This document shows positions 20,468 to 30,971 of a stretch of DNA of 64,000 nucleotides, in pieces (position 1 is the stretch's first letter; every line of letters begins with the position of its first letter). A program made the translations under genes and the position numbers. The stretch is from assembly GCA_965206645.1 (NCBI GenBank), contig CBDBKE010000004.1, forward strand, positions 896,001 through 960,000, in the 5' to 3' direction. Origin of the DNA: Terriglobia bacterium. GTDB lineage: Bacteria > Acidobacteriota > Terriglobia > JAJPHL01 > JAPKYU01. The notes beneath the pieces were generated by a model. That model had not been told where the DNA came from. It saw nothing but the letters and a program-made list of their open reading frames with translations, and searched no databases.

Positions 20468-20564
20468 AAAGTCCAAGGTCCATAAGGGAGTCCGAAGTCC
20501 GTGATCTAGATTCCAGGAGGACCCAGTGGACTTTTTTCGTTTCCGGCTTCGGACCTTAGACCTT
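20468..20564. repeat. Inverted degenerate heptamer arrays (AAGGTCC/GGACCTT)
   Basis: aaagtcc aaggtcc..ggagtcc gaagtcc, then ggacttt..ggacctt agacctt, between fabG and acpP. Confidence 0.6.
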
Positions 20565-20567
20565 CAA

Positions 20568-21305
20568 TCAGGCCATGTACAAGCCGCCATTCACGTGCAG
20601 AACCTGCCCGGTAATATAGCCCGACGCCTCAGAGGCCAGAAAGCGGACGGCCACCGCTACGTCGCGGTCAGCTCCTATACGCCCCAGCGGGATCCTCGCC
20701 AGCAGTTTCCCGCGAGCCTCCTCACCGAGCGCCTCGGTCATCGGTGTGGCGATGAACCCCGGCGCCACCGCATTCGCAGTGACGGTGCGCGAGGCCACCT
20801 CCTGGGCAACAGCTTTGGTCAGGCCGATGAGGCCGGCCTTGGAGGCGATGTAGTTGGCCTGGCCGGCATTGCCCATCTGGGCCGCCACCGAGGTGATGTT
20901 CACAATTCGTCCGTACCGCTGGCGGATCATGCCGGGCAGCACCTGCTGAATGCACAGGTAAGCCCCGGTCAGGTTGGTGGCCAGCACCGAGTCCCAATCC
21001 TCCCGCTTCATCCGTAGCACCAGGTGGTCGCGGGTGATCCCCGCATTGTTGACCAGGATCTCGATTTTGCCGAAGCGCTCGCGGGCCTGGCGGAAGGCCG
21101 CCTCGATCTGCGCCGAGTCGGCCACATCCATCGGCACTGCCAGCGCCTCGGTCCCCAGGCTTTCCGCTTCTTTGACCGCTTCAGCAAGTTTCTGCTGATT
21201 GCGGGCGGCCAGCACCAGTCGGGCGCCGGCTTCAGCCAGCGATTGGGCACAAGCCCGCCCGATGCCTTGCGACGCACCCGTAACAAAAGCGACTCGGCCT
21301 TTCAT
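20568..21305 (-). CDS. fabG: 3-oxoacyl-ACP reductase
   Basis: TGASQGIG, NNAGITRD, YIASK; fab cluster context. Confidence 0.96.
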   Translation of the reverse strand: MKGRVAFVTGASQGIGRACAQSLAEAGARLVLAARNQQKLAEAVKEAESLGTEALAVPMDVADSAQIEAAFRQARERFGKIEILVNNAGITRDHLVLRMKREDWDSVLATNLTGAYLCIQQVLPGMIRQRYGRIVNITSVAAQMGNAGQANYIASKAGLIGLTKAVAQEVASRTVTANAVAPGFIATPMTEALGEEARGKLLARIPLGRIGADRDVAVAVRFLASEASGYITGQVLHVNGGLYMA

Positions 21306-21408
21306 GTTACGTCTCGTATTCGGCGGCAGTAGGCGAGAATACCTGTCGCCCGGTTGAATAGTTGCATGCGACTCATGTTTTCCTGCAACGCCCAGACTTA
21401 ATTGGCGC

Positions 21409-22374
21409 TCACCGAAGGGAGCCTTCCCGAGCTGGTTCGACGATCCTCAAGCCCTCCAGCGTGGCCTCCAGGCTCGCAGCATCCTGGACCTGGAAGGCAG
21501 CCAGCGATGCGTCAATCTGCCGCAGCAGGCCGGAAAGCACCTTGCCGGGGCCCACTTCCACGAACCGCCTGACGCCCAGCGAAACCAGCTTGCGAATCGA
21601 CTGCTCCCACAAGACGGGCGCCGAGACCTGGCCGATCAGCCCAGCCCGGGCTTCGGCCGAGCCGCGAATCTCCTGCGCCCCCAGGTTGTTGATCAGGGGA
21701 AAGCGCAGATCGTCGAATCTCAACTTCTCAAGATCGGCAGCCAGCCGCTCCTGCGCCGGCTTCATCAGCGCACAGTGGAACGGGGCGCTGACCGGCAACA
21801 GCATTGCACGCCTGGCGCCGCGCTGCTTGGCCAATTCCACGGCGCGGCGCACGGCGCCGTCATGGCCGGAGATGGCGATCTGCTCCGGTGAGTTGATGTT
21901 GGCGGGCGAAACCACTTCCCCCTGCGCCGCCTCGCGGCAGACTTCCTCCACGGCCGCCAGGGGCAGCCGCGTAATGGCAGCCATGGCGCCAGTCCCTACT
22001 GGCACTGCCTCCTGCATGTACCGCCCGCGGTTTCGAACCGTCTGGACAGCGTCAGCAAATGAAAGCGCACCCGCCGCTACCAGCCCTGAATATTCCCCCA
22101 GACTATGCCCGGCCACATAGTCCGGCAGCGCACCGCGGTCCTCCAGCACACGGAAGCAGGCCACCGAGCATGCCAGAATCGCTGGCTGCGTGTGCTCGGT
22201 CAGCTTGAGCTGCTCCTCGGGGCCGTAGAAACACAACGCCGAGAGCGAGAACCCGAGGGCGCGGTCGGCTTCCTCGAAGACCGTGCCGCCCACAGCATAC
22301 CGCTCGGCCAGCTCGCGGCCCATGCCCGGAGACTGCGACCCCTGCCCGGGAAACAGAAAAGCCAATGGGGACAT
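21409..22374 (-). CDS. fabD: Malonyl-CoA:ACP transacylase
   Basis: FPGQGSQ, GHSLGEY, VSAPFH. Confidence 0.97.
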   Translation of the reverse strand: MSPLAFLFPGQGSQSPGMGRELAERYAVGGTVFEEADRALGFSLSALCFYGPEEQLKLTEHTQPAILACSVACFRVLEDRGALPDYVAGHSLGEYSGLVAAGALSFADAVQTVRNRGRYMQEAVPVGTGAMAAITRLPLAAVEEVCREAAQGEVVSPANINSPEQIAISGHDGAVRRAVELAKQRGARRAMLLPVSAPFHCALMKPAQERLAADLEKLRFDDLRFPLINNLGAQEIRGSAEARAGLIGQVSAPVLWEQSIRKLVSLGVRRFVEVGPGKVLSGLLRQIDASLAAFQVQDAASLEATLEGLRIVEPAREGSLR

Positions 22375-22448
22375 GAGAAGTCGGCTACCTCACCCGAAGC
22401 ACCTCACCCGAAGCAATGGCTGAGCGACTGGAGGACGCCAGTCACAGC

Positions 22449-22631
22449 CTACTCCGACGCTGCGTCCACGATTGCGCGCCCTTTGTAGTAGCCACAATGA
22501 GGGCAGATCTGATGCGGCAATTTCTTTTCATGACAATTGGAACATTCGCTCAATGGAAGCGCCGATAGATGGTCATGAGCGCGACGGCTGTTTTTTCTCC
22601 GCTTCGAATGGCGGCGTTTAGGATTGGGCAT
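22449..22631 (-). CDS. rpmF: 50S ribosomal protein L32
   Basis: MPNPKRRHSK..CSNC..CPHCGYYKGR. Confidence 0.97.
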   Translation of the reverse strand: MPNPKRRHSKRRKNSRRAHDHLSALPLSECSNCHEKKLPHQICPHCGYYKGRAIVDAASE

Positions 22632-22831
22632 AGCTTACTCCCGAAATATCGAACCTCGCCTGCTGAGCCAGTTCACGAGCCGCACTGCCGCCCGGTTGGC
22701 TGCGGCTGCGGCACGGCATCTGGGCAGCTAAGGTAAAAGGTCATCCGTCAAGGCCCAGGCCGCTGATTCTTAATGGCTTGCTTGGGCTCGTTTCGCAAAA
22801 CCTAGAGATCTTCCAAAAACCACAGCGGCTG

Positions 22832-23338
22832 CTACCTGCGTAGCCTCTCCCATCGCGGGTCGATCTTGCGGCTGGCGCAGCTGCAAGATGAGTGGTTCAA
22901 GCTGCAGCCGCATTGGGGGCACAGCCCACGGCAGTCGTTGTGACAGACGCTCTTCATGGGGAGCGAAAGCAGAACCTGCTCCTTGGCCACGTCCTCCAAC
23001 AGCAACCCATCCCCACGGTAGAAGCCTAGTTCCTCTTCCCCGCGCGGCACCTCAAATTCATCCCCCCGGGTCATGGTCTTAATGGACCGGTAGATCAGAT
23101 CGAAGTCCCGGTCCACCGGTTGCAGCACCGGATCCAGGCAGCGCGCGCAAGGCATTTCCATCGTCGTGCTCACCTGGCCTCGGATTTCAATTTCCCCGGC
23201 CAGCAAGCTGGCCGCTCCGTGAACCTCAAGCGGTGCTACCTGCCGGATTCCCTCGGTGAGATAGTCTACATGGCCCGGGGGAAACGACTCGTCGAACTTG
23301 ACCCGCTGGTCCTGTAACTCTTGAACAGCGATGAACAT
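22832..23338 (-). CDS. yceD: YceD/DUF177 family protein
   Basis: CARCL..LLSLPMKSVC..CRGLCPQCG..DPRW; upstream of rpmF. Confidence 0.92.
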   Translation of the reverse strand: MFIAVQELQDQRVKFDESFPPGHVDYLTEGIRQVAPLEVHGAASLLAGEIEIRGQVSTTMEMPCARCLDPVLQPVDRDFDLIYRSIKTMTRGDEFEVPRGEEELGFYRGDGLLLEDVAKEQVLLSLPMKSVCHNDCRGLCPQCGCSLNHSSCSCASRKIDPRWERLRR

Positions 23339-23406
23339 GGTCCCAGCCCGACCCAGGGCCGCTTGAGAACGCTGCTGGAAATCCTTTGGGGCTGCCTAAA
23401 CAATTG

Positions 23407-23434
23407 ATTTTACCGGAAATCACGCTGATGTCAA
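23407..23434 (-). promoter_or_regulatory. sigma70 promoter of yceD-rpmF
   Basis: Minus strand TTGACA-N16-TAAAAT. Confidence 0.65.
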
Positions 23435-23650
23435 CGCCACCCGCCTCAGGCGCAGTCCTTCGCTGATTGGAAACCACGGAGGAACCACTGATCAACGCGG
23501 AATGCGGGGAAGAGGCCCTTCTTCGATGCTTCAATCCTAGTGAATCCGTGTCCATCCGCGGTAAAGCACTCCCAATCATTTGCCACCGCTTGCTATTTGC
23601 GGCCAAGTACCTTTGGTTTCCTCACAGGCGCAGTTTAAACTACTCTGCTT

Positions 23651-26179
23651 ATGCGACGTGCTTTCGTGCTCTTTCTCGGGCTTCTGATTGCTGTCCTTTG
23701 TCACGGTGGCGAGCCTCAGGGACAGGCAGCGCTGGCACTGGCGTTGAATCGCCTTCCGGTCACCGCAGCCGTTCTGCACATCGGTGCGCACCCGGATGAT
23801 GAACACACTGCGCTGCTGGCCTACCTGGCCCGTGGCCGGGGCGTCCGGACCGCCTACCTGTCAGTGACTCGCGGAGAAGGCGGGCAAAACCTGCTGGGAG
23901 CCGAGCAGTACGAAGCGCTGGGCTTGCTGCGCACCGAGGAGCTGCTGGCAGCCCGGCGCCTGGATGGAGCCGAGCAGTTCTTTACCCGCGCCTACGACTT
24001 CGGTTACTCCCGCGACGCACAGGAAGCGCTCGCCCGCTGGGGCCACGAGCGGACGCTGTCTGATTTTGTCCGGGTCATCCGGCGATTCCGCCCGCAGGTG
24101 ATTATCTCCCGCTTTGCCGGCGGGCCGCAGGACGGCCACGGACAGCACGCCGCTGCAGGTCTGCTGGCGCGGGAAGCCTTCCGCGCCGCGGCGGACCCAG
24201 CGCGTTTCCCCGCGCAGATCCAAGCGGGGCTCGAACCCTGGCAGGCCGCCAAGCTCTACATCACTGTCAATCGCTACGGCCCGGCGGCCAGCTTGCCGCT
24301 GCCCGAAGGCGCGCTCGAAATTGAGGTGGGCGACTACAGCTCCCTTCTGGGCCGCTCCTACGCCGAGCTGGCTATGGAAGGCCGCAGCCTCCATCGCAGC
24401 CAGGCTATGGGAGTGCCGCAAAGAAAGGGCCCCAGGCGCCTGGCCCTGCTGCTAACGGATACGGTGCTTTCGGGAGAGCCGGCTGCAAACCTGGAGGCAC
24501 AGCGCGCGCAGGAGCAAGACCTGCTTGATGGGGTGGACGCCAAGTTTGCACCTGGGCTTTTGCTGGGCCAGATCGAGCGAGCCAAAACCGCCTTAGGCAC
24601 CGGCAACAGCGCTGAACTGATCGGTGCGCTGGCACGGGGGCTGGAACTGGCGCGCCAACTGCCGACTCCCTTGCGCGCACAAAAGGAAGCCGAGTTCAGC
24701 GCTGCCCTGGCGCTGGCTCACGGCCTGGCGGTTGAAGCGCTCGTCGGCCGCGCAGAACTGGTCCCCGGCGACTCCTACCAGATCAGCGTCACCGCCTGGA
24801 ACCGCGCGCCCGTATCCCTGGAGGTGAAAGAAATCGCGTTGGACGCCCCCGCAAGCTGGCCAGTGGAGCCTTCCGATTGGACGCCCACTACCCTGGAGTA
24901 CAACCGCGCCGCCTCACGCCTGTTCACGGTGACGCTGCCGCTGGACGCGCCTCCCTGGCAGCCTTACTGGTTGCAACTGGCCCGCGAGGGCGATTCCTAC
25001 CAGGTCGCCGACCCCTCGCTGATCGGGCAGCCTCACAACCCGCCACTGCTCGAAGCTCGGGTGCGGTTTCGCACAGCCGGCGTCGAGGCGCACGTCCGGG
25101 TTCCTGTGGAGCACCGATACGTGGACCAGATCTACGGTCAAGCGCATCGGCCGGTCATGGTCGTTCCCCCTCTGGCAGCGTGGCTGCATCCGGCGGTGAC
25201 CATTTTTCCTGAAAGTGGAGACAGGCCTGCCGAGCGTGAGATCACCCTCCGCCTGCGCAACAACCGCACCGTCCCGTGGGCGCCGGAGGTCCAGGCCTCG
25301 CCTGGTTGGCAAGTCACGCCACAGAAGTTGACGCCGCCTCCCCAGGGTGAAGAGCTGATCGCAAAGTTACTCGTGCGACCGACGGGAACAGCGCCGGGCA
25401 TGCTCCGGGTGTTGGTCAACGGAGCCGTCGCCACCGGATACCAGGCGATCCAGTACCCGCATATCCGGCCACAGTACTGGTTTCGGCCCGCCCAGACCCG
25501 CCTGGTCCCGGTGTCGGCGAAGGTGGCCGAGAAGCTGCGAGTCGGCTACATCATGGGAGCGGGCGACCAGGTCCCGGAAGCTCTGCGCCAGTTGGGTGTT
25601 TCCGTCCACCTACTTGCTGAAGAGGAGCTGCTGGCAGGGAAACTGGGCCGCTTCGATGCGATTGTTGCCGGCATCCGCGCCTATGCGGTCCGCAAGGACC
25701 TGGTGGCTGCCAGTCGGCGCCTGCTGGACTACGTGCGCCAGGGTGGGGTCTATATCGTCCAATACAACAGCCGGTGGCCAGGCCGGAGACAGGGAGGGCT
25801 GTTCCCTTTTGGCCCCTACTGGATGCGCCAGCAGCGCCGCGCCCCGCGTGTCTCGCGGGAAGAGCAACCAGTCGAAATCCTGGTTCCTGACCATCCGCTG
25901 CTGACCACGCCTAACCGCATCACCGCCGCCGACTTTGCCGGTTGGGTGCAGGAGCGCGGCCTCTATTTCATGAGCGAATGGGCCCCCGAGTACACACCGC
26001 TGCTGGCTTCACACGACCCCGGTGAGCCGCCACAAAAGGGTGGCATGCTCGTCGCCCGCTTCGGCAAAGGGCTCTATGTCTACACCGGCTATTCCTGGTT
26101 CCGGCAGCTGCCCGCCGGCGTGCCCGGCGCCTATCGGATCTGGGCTAATCTGCTGAGCGCCGCAAAGCTTAAAAAATGA
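23651..26179 (+). CDS. Secreted PIG-L/LmbE family deacetylase with C-terminal accessory domains
   Basis: Signal peptide, AHPDDE, TRGEGGQN, DFGYS, GHGQH; C-terminal GWVQERGLY..FRQLPAGVPGA. Confidence 0.9.
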   Translation: MRRAFVLFLGLLIAVLCHGGEPQGQAALALALNRLPVTAAVLHIGAHPDDEHTALLAYLARGRGVRTAYLSVTRGEGGQNLLGAEQYEALGLLRTEELLAARRLDGAEQFFTRAYDFGYSRDAQEALARWGHERTLSDFVRVIRRFRPQVIISRFAGGPQDGHGQHAAAGLLAREAFRAAADPARFPAQIQAGLEPWQAAKLYITVNRYGPAASLPLPEGALEIEVGDYSSLLGRSYAELAMEGRSLHRSQAMGVPQRKGPRRLALLLTDTVLSGEPAANLEAQRAQEQDLLDGVDAKFAPGLLLGQIERAKTALGTGNSAELIGALARGLELARQLPTPLRAQKEAEFSAALALAHGLAVEALVGRAELVPGDSYQISVTAWNRAPVSLEVKEIALDAPASWPVEPSDWTPTTLEYNRAASRLFTVTLPLDAPPWQPYWLQLAREGDSYQVADPSLIGQPHNPPLLEARVRFRTAGVEAHVRVPVEHRYVDQIYGQAHRPVMVVPPLAAWLHPAVTIFPESGDRPAEREITLRLRNNRTVPWAPEVQASPGWQVTPQKLTPPPQGEELIAKLLVRPTGTAPGMLRVLVNGAVATGYQAIQYPHIRPQYWFRPAQTRLVPVSAKVAEKLRVGYIMGAGDQVPEALRQLGVSVHLLAEEELLAGKLGRFDAIVAGIRAYAVRKDLVAASRRLLDYVRQGGVYIVQYNSRWPGRRQGGLFPFGPYWMRQQRRAPRVSREEQPVEILVPDHPLLTTPNRITAADFAGWVQERGLYFMSEWAPEYTPLLASHDPGEPPQKGGMLVARFGKGLYVYTGYSWFRQLPAGVPGAYRIWANLLSAAKLKK

Positions 26180-26187
26180 CAAGGCCA

Positions 26188-26268
26188 ACACAAAGGCGCA
26201 AAGACCCAAAGGCCACGAAGATTCGGCGCAGCGAACTTCGTGATCTTCGTGTCTTGGTGTCTTCGTGT
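26188..26268. repeat. Inverted 8-mer arrays (ACACGAAG/CTTCGTGT), REP-like hairpin
   Basis: acacaaag gcgcaaag acccaaag gccacgaag ... cttcgtga cttcgtgt cttggtgt cttcgtgt. Confidence 0.75.
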
Positions 26269-26297
26269 TGTCTTGCGCTGAGTCACCTCTCCCCGTA

Positions 26298-27668
26298 ATG
26301 ACTGACCCACAAGAGCAACCGGAGCTGATTCGCGGCATCGGTCTGCGTGAAGCGATCGCGCTGAACGTCAACAATATGATCGGCATCGGGCCGTTCATCA
26401 CCATCCCCTTACTGGTGTCCTCGATGCACGGTCCGCAGGCCATGCTCGGCTGGATCGTGGGGGCGCTGCTGGCCACATGCGATGGCCTGGTGTGGGCTGA
26501 GCTGAGCACGTCGCTGCCGGGCTCCGGCGGCACTTATGTCTACCTGCGAGAAGCCTATGGGAGGCGCGGCGGGCGCCTGATGTCGTTTCTGTTCATCTGG
26601 CAGGTCTGCTTTCACGCTCCGCTGTCGTTCGCCTCGGGCAGCATCGGCTTTTCGATCTACCTCAGCTACCTGCTGCCGTGGCTGACAACGATGCAAAAGA
26701 AGGGGATTGCGGTGGCCATTGCGCTGCTGGTGACCCTGTTGCTCTACCGCCGCATCACCACGATCGGCAAAATGGCGGTGTTCATGCTAGGGGGAGTGCT
26801 GCTGACCCTGGGCATGACCATTGTGGCCGGCCTGAAAAATTTTGAACTAGCCCGAGCGCTGGATTTTCCGCCCGGCGCCTTCGATCTGGGCCAGGGCGCC
26901 TTCTGGCTCGGGCTGGGGAGCGCGTCGCTGATCGCCGTCTACGATTACCTGGGCTACTACAACGTTTGCTACGTGGGTGGGGAGGTCAAAAACCCCGAGC
27001 GCACCTTTCCCCGGTCCATCTTGGCTTCGGTGGCGGTTGTGGCCGTGATCTACCTGGTGATGAACTTCACCCTGCTGGGCAGCATCCCCTGGCAGGAGCT
27101 GGAACAAATCCAGTTCCCGATGTCGGTCCTCATGGAGCGCGCATTTGGGTCGGGGGCGGCACAGTTGGTTACCGTGTTAATCCTGTGGACCGCTTTCGCC
27201 TCAATCTTCTCGGTTCTGCTGGGCAGCTCGAGGATCCCTTACGCGGCTGCGCTGGACGGCAACTTCTTCCGCTCCTTCGCCCGGCTGCACCCGAAGGAGC
27301 GCTTCCCGCAAGTCTCGCTGGTGGTGATCGGCTGCACGGCCGCGGTTTTCAGCCTGTTCTCGCTGGGGGCGGTGATCAAGACGCTCATCGTGATCCGAGT
27401 CGTGGTGCAGTTCCTGGGACAAACGGTAGGCTTGCTACTGCTGCGACGCCACCGTCGCGACCTGCCTCGCCCCTTCCGCATGTGGGCCTACCCCCTGCCC
27501 GCTTTGGCAAGTATCTTGCTGTGGATCTATATCTTCGTGACGCAGAGGACCTACATGTTGTGGGCCGTAGCCCTGCTGGTCGCCGGCTTGGGGGCTTTCC
27601 TGCTGCACGCCCGCTCCCAGCGTGAGTGGCCGTTTGAGACGCCAGCCGCGGGGCAACAACAGGAGTAG
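26298..27668 (+). CDS. APC-superfamily amino acid permease
   Basis: About 12 hydrophobic segments; MIGIGPF, AEL..PGSGGTYVYL, GGEVKNPER. Confidence 0.92.
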   Translation: MTDPQEQPELIRGIGLREAIALNVNNMIGIGPFITIPLLVSSMHGPQAMLGWIVGALLATCDGLVWAELSTSLPGSGGTYVYLREAYGRRGGRLMSFLFIWQVCFHAPLSFASGSIGFSIYLSYLLPWLTTMQKKGIAVAIALLVTLLLYRRITTIGKMAVFMLGGVLLTLGMTIVAGLKNFELARALDFPPGAFDLGQGAFWLGLGSASLIAVYDYLGYYNVCYVGGEVKNPERTFPRSILASVAVVAVIYLVMNFTLLGSIPWQELEQIQFPMSVLMERAFGSGAAQLVTVLILWTAFASIFSVLLGSSRIPYAAALDGNFFRSFARLHPKERFPQVSLVVIGCTAAVFSLFSLGAVIKTLIVIRVVVQFLGQTVGLLLLRRHRRDLPRPFRMWAYPLPALASILLWIYIFVTQRTYMLWAVALLVAGLGAFLLHARSQREWPFETPAAGQQQE

Positions 27669-27828
27669 GCAACAACAGGAGTAGGCAAATTCTTCGCTAA
27701 GAGGCGTCCTGAAGCTTTGGCTTCTCCAAGAATCAATATGAGACAGAGCCGGCACCGCTCGCTGCCTTCAGCCAAAAAAAAGCCAAACTGTAGACATTTT
27801 CCAGCAGGCCGGTTAGCATAGTCAGAGC

Positions 27829-28569
27829 ATGCCTTATTACGCCTATTGCATCCTTCGACTTGCCCCAGACCAAGAGTGGACCGTTTTCCCCGGCGTGGCC
27901 GAGCGGCCGGTGTTCCCGGTCCGCGAAGGCCGGCTAGTGATGCTGGTCAGCCGCTTGGAAGGCAACTTCAGCGCCAACGCTCACAGTATCATCCAGCACG
28001 ACCGCGCGGTGCACCGCGTCTTCGAGAAACACACGGTGCTGCCTTTCCGGTTCGGAACCGTATTTGAGAGCGAGAAGCAGGTCCGCCAGGTTCTGCTGGC
28101 CAATCGGGCCGAATTCCGGGAAGCGATGAACCGGCTGCGCGACAAAGTCGAAATGCACGTCAATCTGCTGTTCGCCACTGACGGGACCAGGGCCACGGGG
28201 AAGGCCACCAAGGCTCATCACCCGCCGGACGAACCGGAGTTGACGCGCCGGGCCACCCGCCGACTGGCCGATTTGTTCGAACCGTTGGAAGAGCAGATTT
28301 CCGTGCGGCCGCTGAAAAACGGCGACGCGCTGGTGCATTTTGCTCACCTGATTGAAGGCAGCCAGGTGAGTCACTACCAGCGTATCCATTCCGCTGCGGC
28401 TGGACGGATGAAGGACTGCCAATTGCTGCTCAGCGGGCCCTGGCTGCCCTACCATTTCCTGCCCTTAGCCATCCGCATCCCGGCCGCTTCGGAAGTTGCC
28501 GCCAACGGCAGGCGGCGAATGCCCCGCCGGGTTACCGCAGCGCCTCAAGCCCGGGCGGCAAGAGCCTGA
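27829..28569 (+). CDS. GvpL/GvpF family protein (orphan)
   Basis: YAYCI, HDRAV..TVLPFRFGTV, SGPWLPYHF are GvpL/F signatures. Confidence 0.85.
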   Translation: MPYYAYCILRLAPDQEWTVFPGVAERPVFPVREGRLVMLVSRLEGNFSANAHSIIQHDRAVHRVFEKHTVLPFRFGTVFESEKQVRQVLLANRAEFREAMNRLRDKVEMHVNLLFATDGTRATGKATKAHHPPDEPELTRRATRRLADLFEPLEEQISVRPLKNGDALVHFAHLIEGSQVSHYQRIHSAAAGRMKDCQLLLSGPWLPYHFLPLAIRIPAASEVAANGRRRMPRRVTAAPQARAARA

Positions 28570-28618
28570 GCCCCAGGCCACACAGCACCAGCAAACGCGC
28601 GACTCTGAGGAGGATTGC

Positions 28619-30946
28619 ATGACAGCTATGGCGAACGCCACAAACCTGGGATTTCCTCGCATTGGACTCAGGCGCGAACTGAAGAAGGCCGCGGAGGGCT
28701 ACTGGTCCGGCAAGACCGACCAGGAGACGCTGGTGGCCTGCGGGCGAGAGTTGCGCGCGCAAAACTGGCGCCTGCAGCAGCAAATGGGGATTCACCACAT
28801 TCCGTCCAACGACTTTTCCTTCTACGACCACGTGCTGGACACCTGTGCTCTGGTGGGCGCTGTCCCGGAACGGTTTGGCTGGCGGGGCGAGCAGGTGGAC
28901 CCGGACACTTACTTCGCCATGGCGCGCGGCGTCCAGAAAAAATCCGGCAGCGCGGCGGTGGATGCGCCCGCCATGGAAATGACCAAGTGGTTTGATACCA
29001 ACTACCACTACATCGTTCCCGAATTCCAGCCGGGGCAAGGCTTCCGGCTCAGCTCTGAAAAGCCGTTCGCCGAGTTCCGGGAAGCGCGCGAGCTGGGGAT
29101 CCAGACCCGCCCTGTATTGCTGGGGCCGGTGTCGTTCCTGCTGCTGGGTAAAACGCATGGCACGCAATTCAACCGGCTGAGCCTTCTGGACGCTCTGCTG
29201 CCGGTCTACGAGGAAGTCCTGCGGCGGCTGGTGGCCGAGGGAGCGGAGTGGATTCAGGTGGACGAACCGTGCCTGGCCCTGGACCGTGAATCGGAAGAAT
29301 TAAAGGCTTATCAGAGAGCCTATAAGCGTCTGGCCGGAGTCCAGGGAGGCAGGCTGTTGCTGGCGACCTATTTTGAGAGCCTAGGCCAGAACCTGGCCAC
29401 CGCCGCACAACTGCCGGTTGCCGCCCTCCACCTGGACCTGGTGCGCGCGCCGCAACAGCTTGAGTCGGCCCTCAAGGCCGTCCCCGACTCCATGAGCCTT
29501 TCGATGGGGGTCGTGGACGGGCGGAATATCTGGAAGACCGACCTTGAGTCGGCGTTGAAAGTTTTGCGGCACGCCCGAGCGCAACTGGGGGCCGAGCGCT
29601 TGCTCGTCTCGCCCTCCTGCTCGCTGCTCCATGTTCCGCTGGATCTGGATCTGGAACAGAAGCTGGACCCCGAGTTGCGCCAGTGGCTCTCGTTTGCCAA
29701 ACAAAAGCTGGTCGAGGTGGTGACTCTGGTCCGGGCGCTCAACGAAGGAGAACACGCGGTGCGTGAGCTGCTGGACTCCAATGGCCGCTCCAATGCCAGT
29801 CGGCGGACTTCCTCGCGCATTCACGATCCCCAGGTGAAAGCCAGGGTGGCTGCCGTTCGTCCCGAGGATGCCAGGCGTCGGAACTCCTTCTCCGTCCGGC
29901 AAGCCGGGCAGCGGGCCCGCCTGCAATTGCCAGCTTTCCCCACCACCACCATCGGATCGTTTCCGCAGACCCCAGAAATCCGCGCCAGCCGCCTGGCCTT
30001 CCGGCGCCGCGAGATCAACGAGGGCGAATACGCAGACCGGATGAAGGCGGAGATCGCAGCCGTGGTGCGGAAGCAGGAAGAAATGGGCTTGGACGTGCTC
30101 GTGCACGGCGAGGCTGAACGCAACGACATGGTGGAGTATTTCGGGGAGCAGATGCGCGGCTTCGTCTTCACCCAAAACGCCTGGGTGCAGTCCTACGGCT
30201 CGCGGTACGTCAAGCCGCCCATCCTTTATGGCGACGTCTCACGGCCCAAGCCCATGACGGTCCCCTGGACCCAATACGCCCAGTCGCTAACCAGCAAGCC
30301 GATGAAGGGCATGCTGACCGGACCGATCACCATCCTGCAATGGTCGTTCGTGCGCGACGACCAGCCACGCAGTGAAACGGCCCGGCAGATTGCCCTGGCC
30401 CTGCGTGATGAGGTGGTGGACCTGGAGCAGGCCGGCATGCGCATCATCCAGATTGACGAGCCTGCGCTGAGGGAAGGACTGCCGCTGCGGCACCCCGACT
30501 GGTCCGCCTACCTGGCCTGGGCGGTCGAATGCTTCCGGCTGACTTCCAGCGGCGTGCGAGACGAAACACAGATCCAGACCCACATGTGCTACGCCGACTT
30601 CCAGGACATCATCGAGTCCATCGCGGCGATGGACGCCGACGTGATCCTGATCGAGTGCTCCCGCTCCCAGATGGAATTGCTGGACGTGTTCGCCCGCTAC
30701 CGCTACCCGAATGAGATCGGCCCAGGTGTCTATGACATCCATTCCCCGCGCGTGCCTTCGCCGGAGGAGATGGAAGGCTTGCTGGAGAAGGCCTGTGCCG
30801 TGCTGGCGCCCCAGCAGATTTGGGTCAACCCGGACTGCGGGCTGAAGACGCGCCGCTGGGCGGAGGTGACGCCCTCACTGCAGAACATGGTGCAGGCTGC
30901 GCGCACCTTGCGCGCCCGGGTCAGCGAAAGCCACGCCACACGCTGA
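28619..30946 (+). CDS. metE: Cobalamin-independent methionine synthase
   Basis: LGFPRIG, MTKWFDTNYHY, TTTIGSFPQT, HGEAERNDMVEYF, THMCY, WVNPDCGLKTR; GAGGAGG RBS before ATG 28619. Confidence 0.98.
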   Translation: MTAMANATNLGFPRIGLRRELKKAAEGYWSGKTDQETLVACGRELRAQNWRLQQQMGIHHIPSNDFSFYDHVLDTCALVGAVPERFGWRGEQVDPDTYFAMARGVQKKSGSAAVDAPAMEMTKWFDTNYHYIVPEFQPGQGFRLSSEKPFAEFREARELGIQTRPVLLGPVSFLLLGKTHGTQFNRLSLLDALLPVYEEVLRRLVAEGAEWIQVDEPCLALDRESEELKAYQRAYKRLAGVQGGRLLLATYFESLGQNLATAAQLPVAALHLDLVRAPQQLESALKAVPDSMSLSMGVVDGRNIWKTDLESALKVLRHARAQLGAERLLVSPSCSLLHVPLDLDLEQKLDPELRQWLSFAKQKLVEVVTLVRALNEGEHAVRELLDSNGRSNASRRTSSRIHDPQVKARVAAVRPEDARRRNSFSVRQAGQRARLQLPAFPTTTIGSFPQTPEIRASRLAFRRREINEGEYADRMKAEIAAVVRKQEEMGLDVLVHGEAERNDMVEYFGEQMRGFVFTQNAWVQSYGSRYVKPPILYGDVSRPKPMTVPWTQYAQSLTSKPMKGMLTGPITILQWSFVRDDQPRSETARQIALALRDEVVDLEQAGMRIIQIDEPALREGLPLRHPDWSAYLAWAVECFRLTSSGVRDETQIQTHMCYADFQDIIESIAAMDADVILIECSRSQMELLDVFARYRYPNEIGPGVYDIHSPRVPSPEEMEGLLEKACAVLAPQQIWVNPDCGLKTRRWAEVTPSLQNMVQAARTLRARVSESHATR

Positions 30947-30971
30947 AGCCTCTTCCTACTTCTGGGGCGGC

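Noticed and set aside
28569-28619. SAM or cobalamin riboswitch before metE
   Set aside because: The gap is only about 50 bp and has no matching motif.
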